64,000 nt of DNA, taken from positions 11,898-75,897 of the forward strand of contig SHYD01000001.1 of the NCBI GenBank assembly GCA_009692945.1, given 5' to 3'. Source of the stretch: Dehalococcoidia bacterium (lineage in GTDB: Bacteria > Chloroflexota > Dehalococcoidia > SHYD01). Shown in pieces: positions 1-9,269 of the stretch. Position 1 is the first letter of the stretch. Each line of letters starts with the position of its first letter. A program made the translations under genes and the position numbers. A model generated the notes under the pieces. The model was not told the origin of the DNA and did no database searches. It saw only the letters and a program-made list of their open reading frames with translations.

Positions 1-225
1 CCGAACAGCACCGCATCGCACCGCTTACAGAGGGCGGGCACATCTTCCGGAAGTGAAACTCCCTTCGCATCAATGGCAGCGCCCCCGACCAGGCCTCGGT
101 GATACTCAAAGTCGTGACGGAAGCGGCGCCCCACCTCCTGCAACACCTTGACGCCTTCTTCGATCACCTCGGCGCCAACGCCATCACCGGGCAGGAGGGC
201 AATGTCAAACTTCATGCTGAGGCCT
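1..225 (-). CDS. leuB: 3-isopropylmalate dehydrogenase, N-terminal part (gene runs off the window start)
   Basis: Minus-strand translation from the ATG at 223-225 gives MKFDIALLPGDGVGAEVIEEGVKVLQEV...GGAAIDAKGVSLPEDVPALCKRCDAVLFG, the conserved LeuB/isocitrate-DH-family N-terminus. It lies directly downstream of leuD. Confidence 0.6.
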
Positions 226-310
226 CATTACGTGAACTATCCCTGCGGCCACTGGGCAGGCGGCCGCAGCAGAAAACGAATGGCGGTTCCAGGTTGTTTG
301 CAAGCGGCAG

Positions 311-940
311 CTAATGGCGCGCGAGGTAGGCGAAGTCCCTCGCCCGGCGCTCTTCGTAGGCGGTGATGGCCGCCTCCTGCCGCAGCGTCAAGCCGATCTC
401 ATCGAGTCCGTTCAGCAGCGTGTAACGCCGGAATTCGTGGGTCGCCAAGTCCTGGTGTGTCACAAACTTGACGTTCAGTCCCTGGTTATCGGTCACGGTG
501 CATGCCTCGAGGTCCACCGTGAGTTGATAGCCAGGCTTTGACGCCCGCTCCAGGATGGTGTCGACCTGATCTTCCGGCAGGACCACGGGGCAGACGCCGT
601 TTTCAAAGCAGTTCTTGTGGAATATCTCAGCGAAACTCGGCGCGATGACCGTTCGGAACCCGGCGTCCTCCAGCGCCCACACCGCGTGCTCACGGGACGA
701 ACCGCAGCCGAAGTTACGTCCGGCCACCAGCACCGTGGCGTCCTTGAATTGGGGAGCGTTGAGTTCGAAGTCGGGGTTGAGGCTGCCATCGGCGAGGTGG
801 CGCCACGAATGGAAGAGAAACTGGCCGAACCCGGTCCGCTCGACCCGCTTGAGGAAGACCGCCGGGCAGATCTGGTCCGTGTCCACGTTCACCCGGTCCA
901 ACGGCGCCACCACGCCCGTAACTTTCTTGTATGGTTGCAT
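311..940 (-). CDS. leuD: 3-isopropylmalate dehydratase small subunit
   Basis: 209-aa ORF MQPYKKVTGVVAPLDRVNVDTDQI...GRNFGCGSSREHAVWAL, the typical LeuD/aconitase swivel domain. Adjacent to leuC. TAG stop. Confidence 0.9.
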   Translation of the reverse strand: MQPYKKVTGVVAPLDRVNVDTDQICPAVFLKRVERTGFGQFLFHSWRHLADGSLNPDFELNAPQFKDATVLVAGRNFGCGSSREHAVWALEDAGFRTVIAPSFAEIFHKNCFENGVCPVVLPEDQVDTILERASKPGYQLTVDLEACTVTDNQGLNVKFVTHQDLATHEFRRYTLLNGLDEIGLTLRQEAAITAYEERRARDFAYLARH

Positions 941-1026
941 GATTTCTTGCCCCTATCGAACCAGGCGCCGTCGACCGGCCATCCCGGGAAATAATTGAAC
1001 CCGCCTTCAACCCAACAACACCAATC

Positions 1027-1344
1027 CTACTGCCCTGCATGCGCCTGCCGTAGGAGGTGTACGTCAATTTTGGTCATCCGGAGCATCGCCTGCATCACCC
1101 TCCCCGCCTTCTCAGCGTCGGGGTCCTGCAGCAGTTCGCCCAACAACGCGGGGATGATCTGCCAAGACAGTCCATACTTATCCCGCAACCAGCCGCATTC
1201 TTCGGGTTCGCCCCCGTCACAGAGCTTGTCCCACAGGTGGTCCACCTCATCCTGCGACTCGCAGTTCACGAAAAAGGAGATGGCGGGGGAGAGGGTGAAA
1301 TGGGGGCCGCCGGGTACCCTGAAGCCAGCACGGTTGACCCCTCG
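1027..1344 (-). pseudogene. Remnant (C-terminal ~105 codons) of a PhnB/YjdN-like VOC-family gene (3-demethylubiquinone-9 3-methyltransferase-like domain)
   Basis: Open frame RGVNRAGFRVPGGPHFTLSPAISFFVNCESQDEVDHLWDKLCDGGEPEECGWLRDKYGLSWQIIPALL...KIDVHLLRQA matches the conserved C-terminal half of this family (..AISF.V.CETQEE.D..W..L..GGE...CGWLKDKFGVSWQI). There is no N-terminal half and no proper start. The frame opens immediately after the leuC TAG stop and is in the same frame as leuC. Confidence 0.45.
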
Positions 1345-2769
1345 CTACTTCCACTCCCGGATGTCCACGAAGTGGCCCGCCACCGCCGCGGCCGCCGCCA
1401 TCTCCGGCCCCACCAGGTGGGTCCGTCCGCCCTTGCCCTGCCGCCCCTCGAAGTTGCGGTTGGAGGTGGACGCGCTGCGTTCCCCGGGGAGCAGGATGTC
1501 CGGGTTCATCCCAAGGCACATGGAACACCCGGCCTCGCGCCACTCAAACCCGGCATCGGTGAACACCGTGTGCAAGCCCTCCGCCTCGGCCTGAAGCTTG
1601 ATGGCGGCCGAGCCCGGCACCACCAACGCCGTCACCTTTGGGTTGACGTGCTTGCCCTTGATGACGGCCGCAGCCGCCCGGAGGTCCTCCATCCTCGAGT
1701 TGGTGCAGGAGCCGATGAACACCTTATCCACGGTGATGTCCTGGATCGCCTGGCCGGCCCGGAGCCCCATATACTCCAGCACCCGGCGGGCGCCCGCCTG
1801 TTCGGTGGGGGTGGGGAAGCTGGAAGGATCCGGGATGCGGCTGGTAACCGGCAGCACCATCCCCGGGTTGGTGCCCCAGGTAACGAACGGCACCATCTTG
1901 GCCGCGTCGATCTCGACGGTCTTGTCGTAGGTGGCGCCGGGGTCTGCCGGCAGCGATTTCCAATAGGCAACCGCCTTGGTCCAGTCGTCGCCCTTGGGCA
2001 CAAACGCCCTCCCGTTGAGATACGCAAAGGTGGTTTCGTCCGGCGCAATCATCCCGATGCGGGCCCCGGCCTCGATCGACATATTGCACACGGTCATGCG
2101 GCCGTCCATGGTGAGGCTGCGAATGGCCTCACCGGTGTACTCCACCGCGTAACCGGTGCCGCCATCAATGCCGATCTGGCCGATGATGCCGAGGATCAGG
2201 TCCTTGGCCGACACCCCGCGTGGCAAATCCCCGTTAACCCGGATCTCCATGGTCCTGGGCTTGGGCTGGACGATGCATTGGGTCGCCAGCACGTGCTCCA
2301 CCTGGGTGGTGCCGATGGCAATACCGATAGCCCCCAGGGCGCCATGGGTCGAGGTATGGCTGTCCCCGCAGACGACGATCTTGCCGGGCTGGGTGAACCC
2401 CCGCTCCGGCCCGATGACATGGACGATGCCCTGGCCGCCGCTGAAGATATCGTAATAGGGGACGCCGAACTCCTTGGCGTTATGCGTGAGCGCATCGATC
2501 TGGGTGCGGGAGACCTCATCCTCGATGGGGAGGCTGCGGTCGGTCGTCGGCACGTTGTGGTCCACCGTGGCGACCGTGAGATCGGGACGCCGCACCTTCC
2601 GCCCGTTGAGCTTCAGGCCGTCGAAGGCCTGGGGCGAGGTCACCTCGTGGACGAGGTGGAGATCCACATAGAGCAGGGCCGGTTGGCCCGGTTCCTCGTG
2701 GACCACATGCTCATCCCAAATCTTCTGAAACATGGTGCGCGGGGCCATGGGTACCTCTCCGGGTGGCAT
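1345..2769 (-). CDS. leuC: 3-isopropylmalate dehydratase large subunit
   Basis: 474-aa ORF with the aconitase-family LeuC signature (..VDHNVPT.., ..[16 protein letters not shown].., C-terminal ..[17 protein letters not shown]). TAG stop. Confidence 0.92.
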   Translation of the reverse strand: MPPGEVPMAPRTMFQKIWDEHVVHEEPGQPALLYVDLHLVHEVTSPQAFDGLKLNGRKVRRPDLTVATVDHNVPTTDRSLPIEDEVSRTQIDALTHNAKEFGVPYYDIFSGGQGIVHVIGPERGFTQPGKIVVCGDSHTSTHGALGAIGIAIGTTQVEHVLATQCIVQPKPRTMEIRVNGDLPRGVSAKDLILGIIGQIGIDGGTGYAVEYTGEAIRSLTMDGRMTVCNMSIEAGARIGMIAPDETTFAYLNGRAFVPKGDDWTKAVAYWKSLPADPGATYDKTVEIDAAKMVPFVTWGTNPGMVLPVTSRIPDPSSFPTPTEQAGARRVLEYMGLRAGQAIQDITVDKVFIGSCTNSRMEDLRAAAAVIKGKHVNPKVTALVVPGSAAIKLQAEAEGLHTVFTDAGFEWREAGCSMCLGMNPDILLPGERSASTSNRNFEGRQGKGGRTHLVGPEMAAAAAVAGHFVDIREWK

Positions 2770-2836
2770 CAGGAGTCGTTGGCGAACGGAGTTTCCGGGA
2801 CGGTGGCGCTATTATAGCCCACCATCCCTGGCCGGG

Positions 2837-3778
2837 CTAGGGCGTCGAAGACGGCCGCGCCGCGCCCACGATATCTTGGATCGAAGCCAGCCCCTGGCTA
2901 TCAAGATACGCAATAAGGCCGTCGATGATGCGGGTGGGGGCCTGGGGTTCCACGAAAGAGGCCGTGCCCACCTGGACCGCCGACGCCCCGGCCATGAAGA
3001 ACTGCAGTGCATCATCGGCGGTGAAGATGCCGCCGCACCCGATCACCGGAATATCAACGGCCCCCGCGATCTTGTAGACCATGGCAAGCGCGATGGGCCG
3101 GATGGCCGGGCCCGAAAGCCCTGCCATCCCCCGGGCGATCACCGGGCGCCGCCGCCGCACATCGATCACCATCCCCACCACGGTGTTGATCGCCGTGATG
3201 GCGTCGGCGCCCGCCTGAGCCACGGCCACCGCCTGCTCCCGGATGTCGGTCACGTTCGGCGTCAACTTCACGATGACCGGCAGCGCGCACTCCTGCTTTA
3301 CGATGCGGGTGACCTCGGCCGCAGCCAGGGGGTCGCACCCGAACTCGAGGCCGCCCTGGTCGACGTTGGGACAACTGATGTTGACCTCCAGCGCGGCGAC
3401 CCCCGGCACGCCGTCGAGCGCAGCAGCCAGCCTGCGGAACTCGTCGAAGCTCTCACCGGCGATATTGACGATGATCGGGACTTGCCAGGCGGCCCACACC
3501 GGCGCCTTTTTGGTGATGACCGCTTTAACCCCAACATTCTGCAACCCGATGGAGTTCAGCATTCCGGCCGGTGTCTCCGCGATCCTGGGTTGCCGGTTGC
3601 CCTTCCTCGGGGACCAGGTGATCCCCTTGCTGACTATGGCGCCGAGGCGCTCGGTATCGAGCAATGCCGCGTATTCGGTGCCGTAGCCAAAGGTGCCGGA
3701 CGCGGTGATCACCGGGTTCCTCAGCAAGAACCCAGATTTGTGTTTTGGAGCAAGATCGACGGACAGATCGACGGTCAT
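2837..3778 (-). CDS. pyrD: Dihydroorotate dehydrogenase catalytic subunit (class 1-like)
   Basis: Start MTVDLSVDLAPKHKSGFLLRNPVITASGTFGYGTEY.., then ..SIGLQNVGV.. and ..KLTPNVTDI.., typical PyrD. The six-frame ORF (to 4081) extends about 100 codons upstream across repeat copy A; that extension is judged spurious. Confidence 0.8.
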   Translation of the reverse strand: MTVDLSVDLAPKHKSGFLLRNPVITASGTFGYGTEYAALLDTERLGAIVSKGITWSPRKGNRQPRIAETPAGMLNSIGLQNVGVKAVITKKAPVWAAWQVPIIVNIAGESFDEFRRLAAALDGVPGVAALEVNISCPNVDQGGLEFGCDPLAAAEVTRIVKQECALPVIVKLTPNVTDIREQAVAVAQAGADAITAINTVVGMVIDVRRRRPVIARGMAGLSGPAIRPIALAMVYKIAGAVDIPVIGCGGIFTADDALQFFMAGASAVQVGTASFVEPQAPTRIIDGLIAYLDSQGLASIQDIVGAARPSSTP

Positions 3779-3855
3779 GGCGGCCTCGGCAGGAATCGCA
3801 CCAGTATACCATCGGGGATCGTCGCCCTCGGCGGTGCGCGTGTGGCAGTATCTAT

Positions 3856-4204
3856 GCAGTGTCAGGGGTTCGGGGGTATGAGCCACTCCCCCCACCCCAG
3901 GAAAAAAGAGGAGAATTCTCTGCTGGGGGCACCCCATAGGAGTGGGCAGATTTCTGGTCAGACAACCTCGGCGGCTGTACTTCCCACCCACCCACCCATT
4001 TTGTTTGTGTGTGGGGACACCCCGCACCCCGGCAGAAGGGGCTGCGCCCCCTCTGCACACCCCCCGTCCTGGAACCCCCATCCAGGCATGAATTCAAAAG
4101 ATGCCCACTCCTATGGGGGCACCCCCACGCCCCCGGCAGAGGGCTGTCGCCCTCGTGCACTCCCACTTCTGAGCCCGGCCGCCCTCAACAGTGAACTCTT
4201 ACGG
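3856..4204. repeat. Mosaic GC-rich palindromic intergenic repeat, copy A
   Basis: Shares modules with 9 other copies: CCCCCGAACCCCTGACACTG end, GAGAATTCTC box, CCCATAGGAGTGGGCA box, (CCCA)4 tract, GTGTGGGGACACCCCGCACCCCGGCAGAAGGGGC hairpin module, GGCAGAGGGCTGTCGCCCTCGTGCACTCCCACTTCTGAGCCCGG module, and terminal CCCTCAACAGTGAACTCTTACGG. Confidence 0.8.
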
Positions 4205-4336
4205 CTGCCGGTCGTAGTAGGGCGAGCCGCATTTTTCGGGTTATAGTGGGAGAAACCCCATCGAGGTGCTCTGCTGATCGACATCGGCTGGTTTTCCACC
4301 GGGCGCGGGCCGGCCTCACGCGCCCTGCTGGCTGCG

Positions 4337-5128
4337 GTGTGGGAAGCGATCGAGCGGGGAGAACTTGACCTCCGGCTGCGCTTCGTGTTCTGCAACCGTG
4401 AGCGGGGCGAATCCGAAGAAACCGATCGGTTCCTCGACCAGGTCGAGGGCTACGGCATTCCGCTGAGCACGCTATCCTTCGCCCGGTTTCGGGCCGAGCG
4501 CAGCGGCCGGGGCATGGGACTGAACCACGAGGCTTTCGCGGATTGGCGAGTGCAGTACGACCGGGCGGTCATCGACCTCTTGCCTGACCAGGCTCCGGCG
4601 TTGGTGGTCCTTGCCGGCTACATGCTGGTGATGACTCCGGAGTTGTGTGGACATTTCACTTGCCTCAACCTGCACCCCGCCGCCCCCGGTGGCCCCGTGG
4701 GAACATGGCAGCAGGTCATCTGGCAGTTGATCGAAAGCGGCGCCGCCGAGTCCGGCATCTTCATGCACCTGGTGACCCCCGAACTGGATCGTGGACCGGT
4801 GGTGACCTATTGCCGCTATCCCGTGGTCTCGCCACACACCGCCGATGGCTGGCGCCAGGCCCAGGACGCAGCGCCGGGCTCGCTCCAGACCGGCTATGGC
4901 GAGGCGCTGCCGCTGTTCCAGCAGATCCGGGCACTGGGAGTGGCCAGGGAGTTGCCGCTGATTCTGGCGACGCTCAGGGCTTTCGGTGAAGGGCGGATTG
5001 AGGTGAGGGACGGGCGGCCGTGGGGCGCCGGCGGGACCCCCATCGACGGGATCGACCTGACGGGAGAGATCGAAGCGGCGTTGCCGCCGGCTCGGGCCGA
5101 GACCAGCGCCGATTCGCTGGACCGATGA
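4337..5128 (+). CDS. Formyltransferase-family protein (PurN/Fmt-like N-terminal domain)
   Basis: ..VVLAGYMLVMTPELCGHFTCLNLHPAAPGGPVG..MHLVTPELDRGPVV.. resembles the formyl_trans_N fold (NIHPSLLP.. and ..ELD.GP.. boxes). The first ATG/GTG is at 4337, but the conserved N-terminus (LLIDIGWFSTGRGPASRALLAAV) is open in-frame from 4247, so the true start probably lies upstream and may use a non-canonical codon. Confidence 0.6.
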   Translation: MWEAIERGELDLRLRFVFCNRERGESEETDRFLDQVEGYGIPLSTLSFARFRAERSGRGMGLNHEAFADWRVQYDRAVIDLLPDQAPALVVLAGYMLVMTPELCGHFTCLNLHPAAPGGPVGTWQQVIWQLIESGAAESGIFMHLVTPELDRGPVVTYCRYPVVSPHTADGWRQAQDAAPGSLQTGYGEALPLFQQIRALGVARELPLILATLRAFGEGRIEVRDGRPWGAGGTPIDGIDLTGEIEAALPPARAETSADSLDR

Positions 5129-5670
5129 ACCGGCCCGCCACGATCGCCTTCATCGCTGCGGGCTTGGTCGTGGCGGCGGCCGCCATCGCTCGACCATCGA
5201 GCAACACGGGACCGCCGCCCGCCGTCCAGTCGATCGCCACCGCCACGCCGCTGCCGGCGCCCACGCCAACCCTTGCCCCTGGAGTACGCATCCTCACCGA
5301 AGAGCAACTGAACCAACAGATAGGGCAGGCCATGCAGCCGCGGGCCGGAGCCGTTCCTTTTCGGGACGTCCGCGTCGCACTCCTGGGCGATGGCAAGGTC
5401 GCACTGACCGGGGTGACGGCAGTGGCGGGGAGCGAGGTCCAGGTCCAGGTTTCGCTGGGGGTCCAGATGGCCCGCGGCGTCCTGAACATCGACATTCTCG
5501 GGGCGCAGGCCGGCGTCCTGCCGGTACCGGCAGGACTGGCCGAGGCGCTGGCCACCCAGGCGGCCCAGGCCGCAGGCCTGCCCGGCCTTAAGGGGATCGC
5601 ACTGCCACCTGAAGTCGAGGCCGTCACCGTGCGTCAGGGGGCCGTGATCATTCGGATGGCGGCCCGGTAG
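5125..5670 (+). CDS. Hypothetical membrane-anchored protein (N-terminal TM helix, Pro/Ala-rich linker)
   Basis: MNRPATIAFIAAGLVVAAAAIA.. begins at an ATG overlapping the upstream stop (ATGA). GC3-rich coding look. No recognisable domain. The longer six-frame ORF from 5020 has an Arg-rich junk N-terminus. Confidence 0.45.
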   Translation: MNRPATIAFIAAGLVVAAAAIARPSSNTGPPPAVQSIATATPLPAPTPTLAPGVRILTEEQLNQQIGQAMQPRAGAVPFRDVRVALLGDGKVALTGVTAVAGSEVQVQVSLGVQMARGVLNIDILGAQAGVLPVPAGLAEALATQAAQAAGLPGLKGIALPPEVEAVTVRQGAVIIRMAAR

Positions 5671-5732
5671 GGAGCGGCCGGGATCAAAAATAGGGCCGTA
5701 TGCCGGCCCCATTTTTTGTAAATTGGGTTGGA

Positions 5733-7028
5733 TCAGGCGTGCGCCTTGCGGATCTCCCCCTCAGACTCGTCGTTGCGGCTGGCCCGAGTCAGGAGCAGCG
5801 GCGGCGTCCGTTTGTGAATGGTATCCCCGCTCACGATGCACTTCTGCACGTCGCCCCGCGAGGGGATTTCATACATGATGTCCATCAGGGTTTCCTCCAT
5901 GATGGAGCGCAGGCCCCGGGCGCCGGTTTTGTGCAGCAGCGCTTCTTCAGCAGCGGCCTCCAGCGCCTCCGGTTGGAAGATCAGTTCGACATGGTCCAGC
6001 GCAAAGAAGCGTTGATACTGCTTGATCACAGCGTTCTTCGGCTCGACGAGGACTCTAAGCAGCGCCTCCTTGTCCAACGCCTCCAGGGAGACGCTGGTGG
6101 TGAGGCGGCCCACGAATTCTGGGATGAGACCGTACTGCATCAGGTCGTCCGGCGTGACCAGGCTGAGGACGTCATTTTCGGCCTGATGCTTCCCGTCGGC
6201 AGCCGTGGGGGCAGGCTTGAACCCGAGGGCGCTCACCCCGGTGCGGCGTTGCACCATGCGATCGAGGCCCTCGAAGGCGCCGCCGCAGATGAACAGGATG
6301 TTGGCCGTGTTCAATTGCAGGAAATCCTGGTGCGGATGCTTCCTGCCCCCCTGGGGTGGCACGTTGGCGATGCAACCCTCGATGATCTTTAGCAGCGCCT
6401 GCTGCACGCCCTCACCCGACACATCCCGGGTGATGGACGGATTGGCGCCCTTGCGGGCGATCTTATCGATTTCGTCGATGTAGATGATGCCCCGTTCGGC
6501 CCGGGAGATGTCGAAATCCGCCGCCTGGATGAGGCGGAGCAGGATATTTTCGACATCTTCACCGACGTAGCCCGCCTCGGTCAGTGAGGTGGCATCAGCG
6601 ATGCAGAAGGGGACGTCCAGTATCTTGGCCAGCGTGCGGGCCAGCAGGGTCTTACCGCACCCCGTTGGCCCGATGAGCAGCAAATTGCTCTTTTCAAGTT
6701 CGACGTCGTTCGCCGAATGTCCGACGTTCGCCGTGCGTTTATAGTGGTTGTAAACGGCAACACTGAGGACCTTCTTGGCGCGGTCCTGGCCAACGACGTA
6801 TTCACTCAGCAGTTCGAATATCCGCTTGGGGGTCGGGAGCTTGTTCGAGTCGGCCGCGGCGCGGACCGTGCGGCCCGACTCCTCATCGATGATCTCCCGG
6901 CACAACTCGACACATTCGTCACAGATGTAAACGGCTCCGGGCCCGGCAATGAGCCGCCGCACCTGGTCCTGGCTCTTACCGCAAAACGAACAGTGATACT
7001 GGAGTCGCGCGCCCCGGTTCGTTGGCAT
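5733..7028 (-). CDS. clpX: ATP-dependent Clp protease ATP-binding subunit ClpX
   Basis: N-terminal zinc ribbon [28 protein letters not shown], Walker A GPTGCGKT, ..IYIDEIDKI... Lies downstream of clpP. Confidence 0.95.
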   Translation of the reverse strand: MPTNRGARLQYHCSFCGKSQDQVRRLIAGPGAVYICDECVELCREIIDEESGRTVRAAADSNKLPTPKRIFELLSEYVVGQDRAKKVLSVAVYNHYKRTANVGHSANDVELEKSNLLLIGPTGCGKTLLARTLAKILDVPFCIADATSLTEAGYVGEDVENILLRLIQAADFDISRAERGIIYIDEIDKIARKGANPSITRDVSGEGVQQALLKIIEGCIANVPPQGGRKHPHQDFLQLNTANILFICGGAFEGLDRMVQRRTGVSALGFKPAPTAADGKHQAENDVLSLVTPDDLMQYGLIPEFVGRLTTSVSLEALDKEALLRVLVEPKNAVIKQYQRFFALDHVELIFQPEALEAAAEEALLHKTGARGLRSIMEETLMDIMYEIPSRGDVQKCIVSGDTIHKRTPPLLLTRASRNDESEGEIRKAHA

Positions 7029-7090
7029 TTGGTTCCTTCTCCGCCGAGCCGAATGTTGCTACTTCGCCGAGAGACGTCCGCGTGCGGAGG

Positions 7091-7702
7091 TCAGACCGTA
7101 GCGCCTTCCCTGGTGAGAATTTCGTCCACCAGACCGTACTCCCTGGCCTGTTCCGAGTTCAGGTAAAAGTCACGGTCAGTGTCGCGGATGATCCGTTCCA
7201 TGGGCTGCCCGGTGCGCTGGCTGAGGATGTTGCGGAGGATCTCCTGGTTGCGCAGGATCTCCCGAGCGGCGATCTCAATGTCCGAGGCCTGGCCGGTGGC
7301 GCCGCCTCGGGCTTGGTGCATGTGCACCGTGGCGTTCGGCAGGGCGTACCGCTTACCCTTGGCGCCGGCGCACAGCAGGACCGTGGCCATGCTGGCAGAC
7401 ATCCCCACACAGATGGTGGAGACCTCGGGCCGGATCAGCTGCATCGTGTCGTAAATGGCCAGGCCAGCCGTGATGACGCCGCCCGGACTGTGGATGTAGA
7501 GCGAGATGTCTTTATCTGGGTCCTCTCGATCCAGGTAGAGCAACTGCGCGACGATCAGGTTCGCGATCGTGTCGTCGATCGGCGTTCCGAGAAAAATGAT
7601 GCGCTCCCGCAGCAGCAGCGAAAAGATGTCGAAAGAGCGTTCGCCACGGGCCCCGCTCTCAATGACCATCGGGACATAATTCATAGCTTGGGTACTGTTC
7701 AT
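7091..7702 (-). CDS. clpP: ATP-dependent Clp protease proteolytic subunit ClpP
   Basis: ..ERIIFLG..IYLYINSPGG.. analog ([22 protein letters not shown]), catalytic Ser/His/Asp context. 203 aa. Confidence 0.95.
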   Translation of the reverse strand: MNSTQAMNYVPMVIESGARGERSFDIFSLLLRERIIFLGTPIDDTIANLIVAQLLYLDREDPDKDISLYIHSPGGVITAGLAIYDTMQLIRPEVSTICVGMSASMATVLLCAGAKGKRYALPNATVHMHQARGGATGQASDIEIAAREILRNQEILRNILSQRTGQPMERIIRDTDRDFYLNSEQAREYGLVDEILTREGATV

Positions 7703-7766
7703 GCCTGGCCTTTTCCTATGTGATGTGTTGGTTCATTCAACCGGCGCCATACTGTGACGATCCCCG

Positions 7767-9137
7767 CTACGCGGGCGCCGCGGCGGCCTCTGGCTCCGAA
7801 GACTCGTTCGCAGCGGCAGCTTCAGGCTCATCGGCCGTGGGAGGGGGTGGGTCCACTTCCACCGAGGTGCTGGTGAGATCGAAGAGCCGCTGCAGGGATT
7901 TTCGGGTCATCAAGGTGTCCATCAGCGCGGCGCGGCGTTCCTCGCGCTGAAGGTACTGCCGGAACAGCGGTTGCTGATCCCCAGCGGAACCCACGAGCGT
8001 CTCGATTTCGGCGTCGATCTCCTCGGCGCCGACCTCAATCGCCTCGGCCCGTGCGAAATTCTGCAGGACCAGGCTGCGCACCACCCGCTTTTCGGCCTGT
8101 TCCCTGAAGCGCTCCTTGAACTCGACCATGGTCTGGCCCAGCACCTCGAGCACCTGGTCAATCCTGCCCTGAGGATCACGGGGGAGTGTCCGGTCGGTTT
8201 CGATAATATGCTCGATCTCGTGGTCGACCATCATGTCTGGAAATTCCAGCTTCGAAACAGCCGCCAACGCGTCGAGCATGGCGAGATCGTGGGCGGAGCG
8301 GGATTCGCGCTCCGACTGGGCCACCAGATTGCTCCGCACCTTGTCCAGCAGTTCCTGGAAGGTGTTGTACTCCGCGTCCACTGTCTTGGCGAACTCGTCG
8401 TCCAATGCCAGCTCGTGCTTCTCTTTGACCTCTTTGACGGTGACATTGAACTCAACCGTCTTGGCGGGGTCCTCCGGCAACGGCAGTACAAACTCCTTGG
8501 AAGCGCCCCTCTCGACCCCAATCAGGGCCTCTGCGAACTCGGGCACCGGTTCCCTGCGCCCGGCCGTCACAATATAGGTGGCGTCCGGCTGGTTGATGAA
8601 CGTCTCTTTGGCATCACCATTGAGCAGGGAACTTTCGATCCCGATGATCACCATGTCGCCGAACTCGATCGGGCGTTCGACGGGCTCCCAGGGGGTGTAG
8701 TTGGTCCGCAGTTGTTCGATTACTTCGTCCACCTTGGCATCGGTGACGCGGGGGACTTCCATGGTCAGCGAGACGGTCTTGTAATCACCGAGTTCCACCG
8801 TCGGCTCGATGGCCACCGTAGCCTTGAAGGAAACCTGGGGTTCCACTTCGAGGATTTCGAACTCTGGCCGGCCTAAGGCCGCGATGGATTGTTCTTGGAT
8901 CGCCTCGGTATAGGCCTCGGGTACGAGGATATCGAGAGCCTCTTCCAGCAGGGCGGCCTTGCCGACGAAGCGCTCCACCATGACCCGAGGGGCCTTGCCA
9001 CGGCGAAAACCGGGGATGTTGGTGCGGTTCACGATGCGCCGGTAGGCACGGTCGAGGGATTTTTCCAGGACGGTTGGCTCAATCTCGAATTGGAGCGCAA
9101 CCCGGCTTTTTTCCAATCGCTCAGTTGTTACCTTCAC
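7767..9137 (-). CDS. tig: Trigger factor
   Basis: MKVTTERLEKSRVALQFEIEP..FRRGKAPR.. ribosome-binding and PPIase/C-terminal domains, in canonical tig-clpP-clpX order. Low-complexity Pro/Ala/Glu C-terminal tail. Confidence 0.93.
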   Translation of the reverse strand: MKVTTERLEKSRVALQFEIEPTVLEKSLDRAYRRIVNRTNIPGFRRGKAPRVMVERFVGKAALLEEALDILVPEAYTEAIQEQSIAALGRPEFEILEVEPQVSFKATVAIEPTVELGDYKTVSLTMEVPRVTDAKVDEVIEQLRTNYTPWEPVERPIEFGDMVIIGIESSLLNGDAKETFINQPDATYIVTAGRREPVPEFAEALIGVERGASKEFVLPLPEDPAKTVEFNVTVKEVKEKHELALDDEFAKTVDAEYNTFQELLDKVRSNLVAQSERESRSAHDLAMLDALAAVSKLEFPDMMVDHEIEHIIETDRTLPRDPQGRIDQVLEVLGQTMVEFKERFREQAEKRVVRSLVLQNFARAEAIEVGAEEIDAEIETLVGSAGDQQPLFRQYLQREERRAALMDTLMTRKSLQRLFDLTSTSVEVDPPPPTADEPEAAAANESSEPEAAAAPA

Positions 9138-9269
9138 GAGTGTTCCACTACCTCCATGCGCGGATTATAGCATGGGGTCGTGGCTGGGAGGAAGGGAACT
9201 AACGCCTATCCGCCCGGCCGGATGGTCTGGGTGAGGCCGGCCATGGGCCGGAAGGGGGGCGCGCGGTGG

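Noticed and set aside
1057-2817. 586-aa plus-strand ORF antisense to leuC
   Set aside because: High-GC antisense artefact. The minus strand encodes an unmistakable LeuC.
2732-4246. 504-aa plus-strand ORF, Arg/Gly/Pro-rich
   Set aside because: Antisense shadow of pyrD and repeat copy A in high-GC DNA, with a low-complexity composition. The minus-strand pyrD gives a clean homologous protein.
7971-8876. 301-aa plus-strand ORF antisense to tig
   Set aside because: Shadow ORF. The composition is Leu/Arg/Gly-biased with no domain.
9138-9269. tRNA gene between tig and the ABC permease (a tRNA often sits near tig-clpP-clpX in other genomes)
   Set aside because: No cloverleaf, T-loop GTTCRANYC or acceptor-stem pairing could be identified by eye. 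I did not see a tRNA or rRNA anywhere in the window, though a proper tRNAscan run would be needed to be certain.
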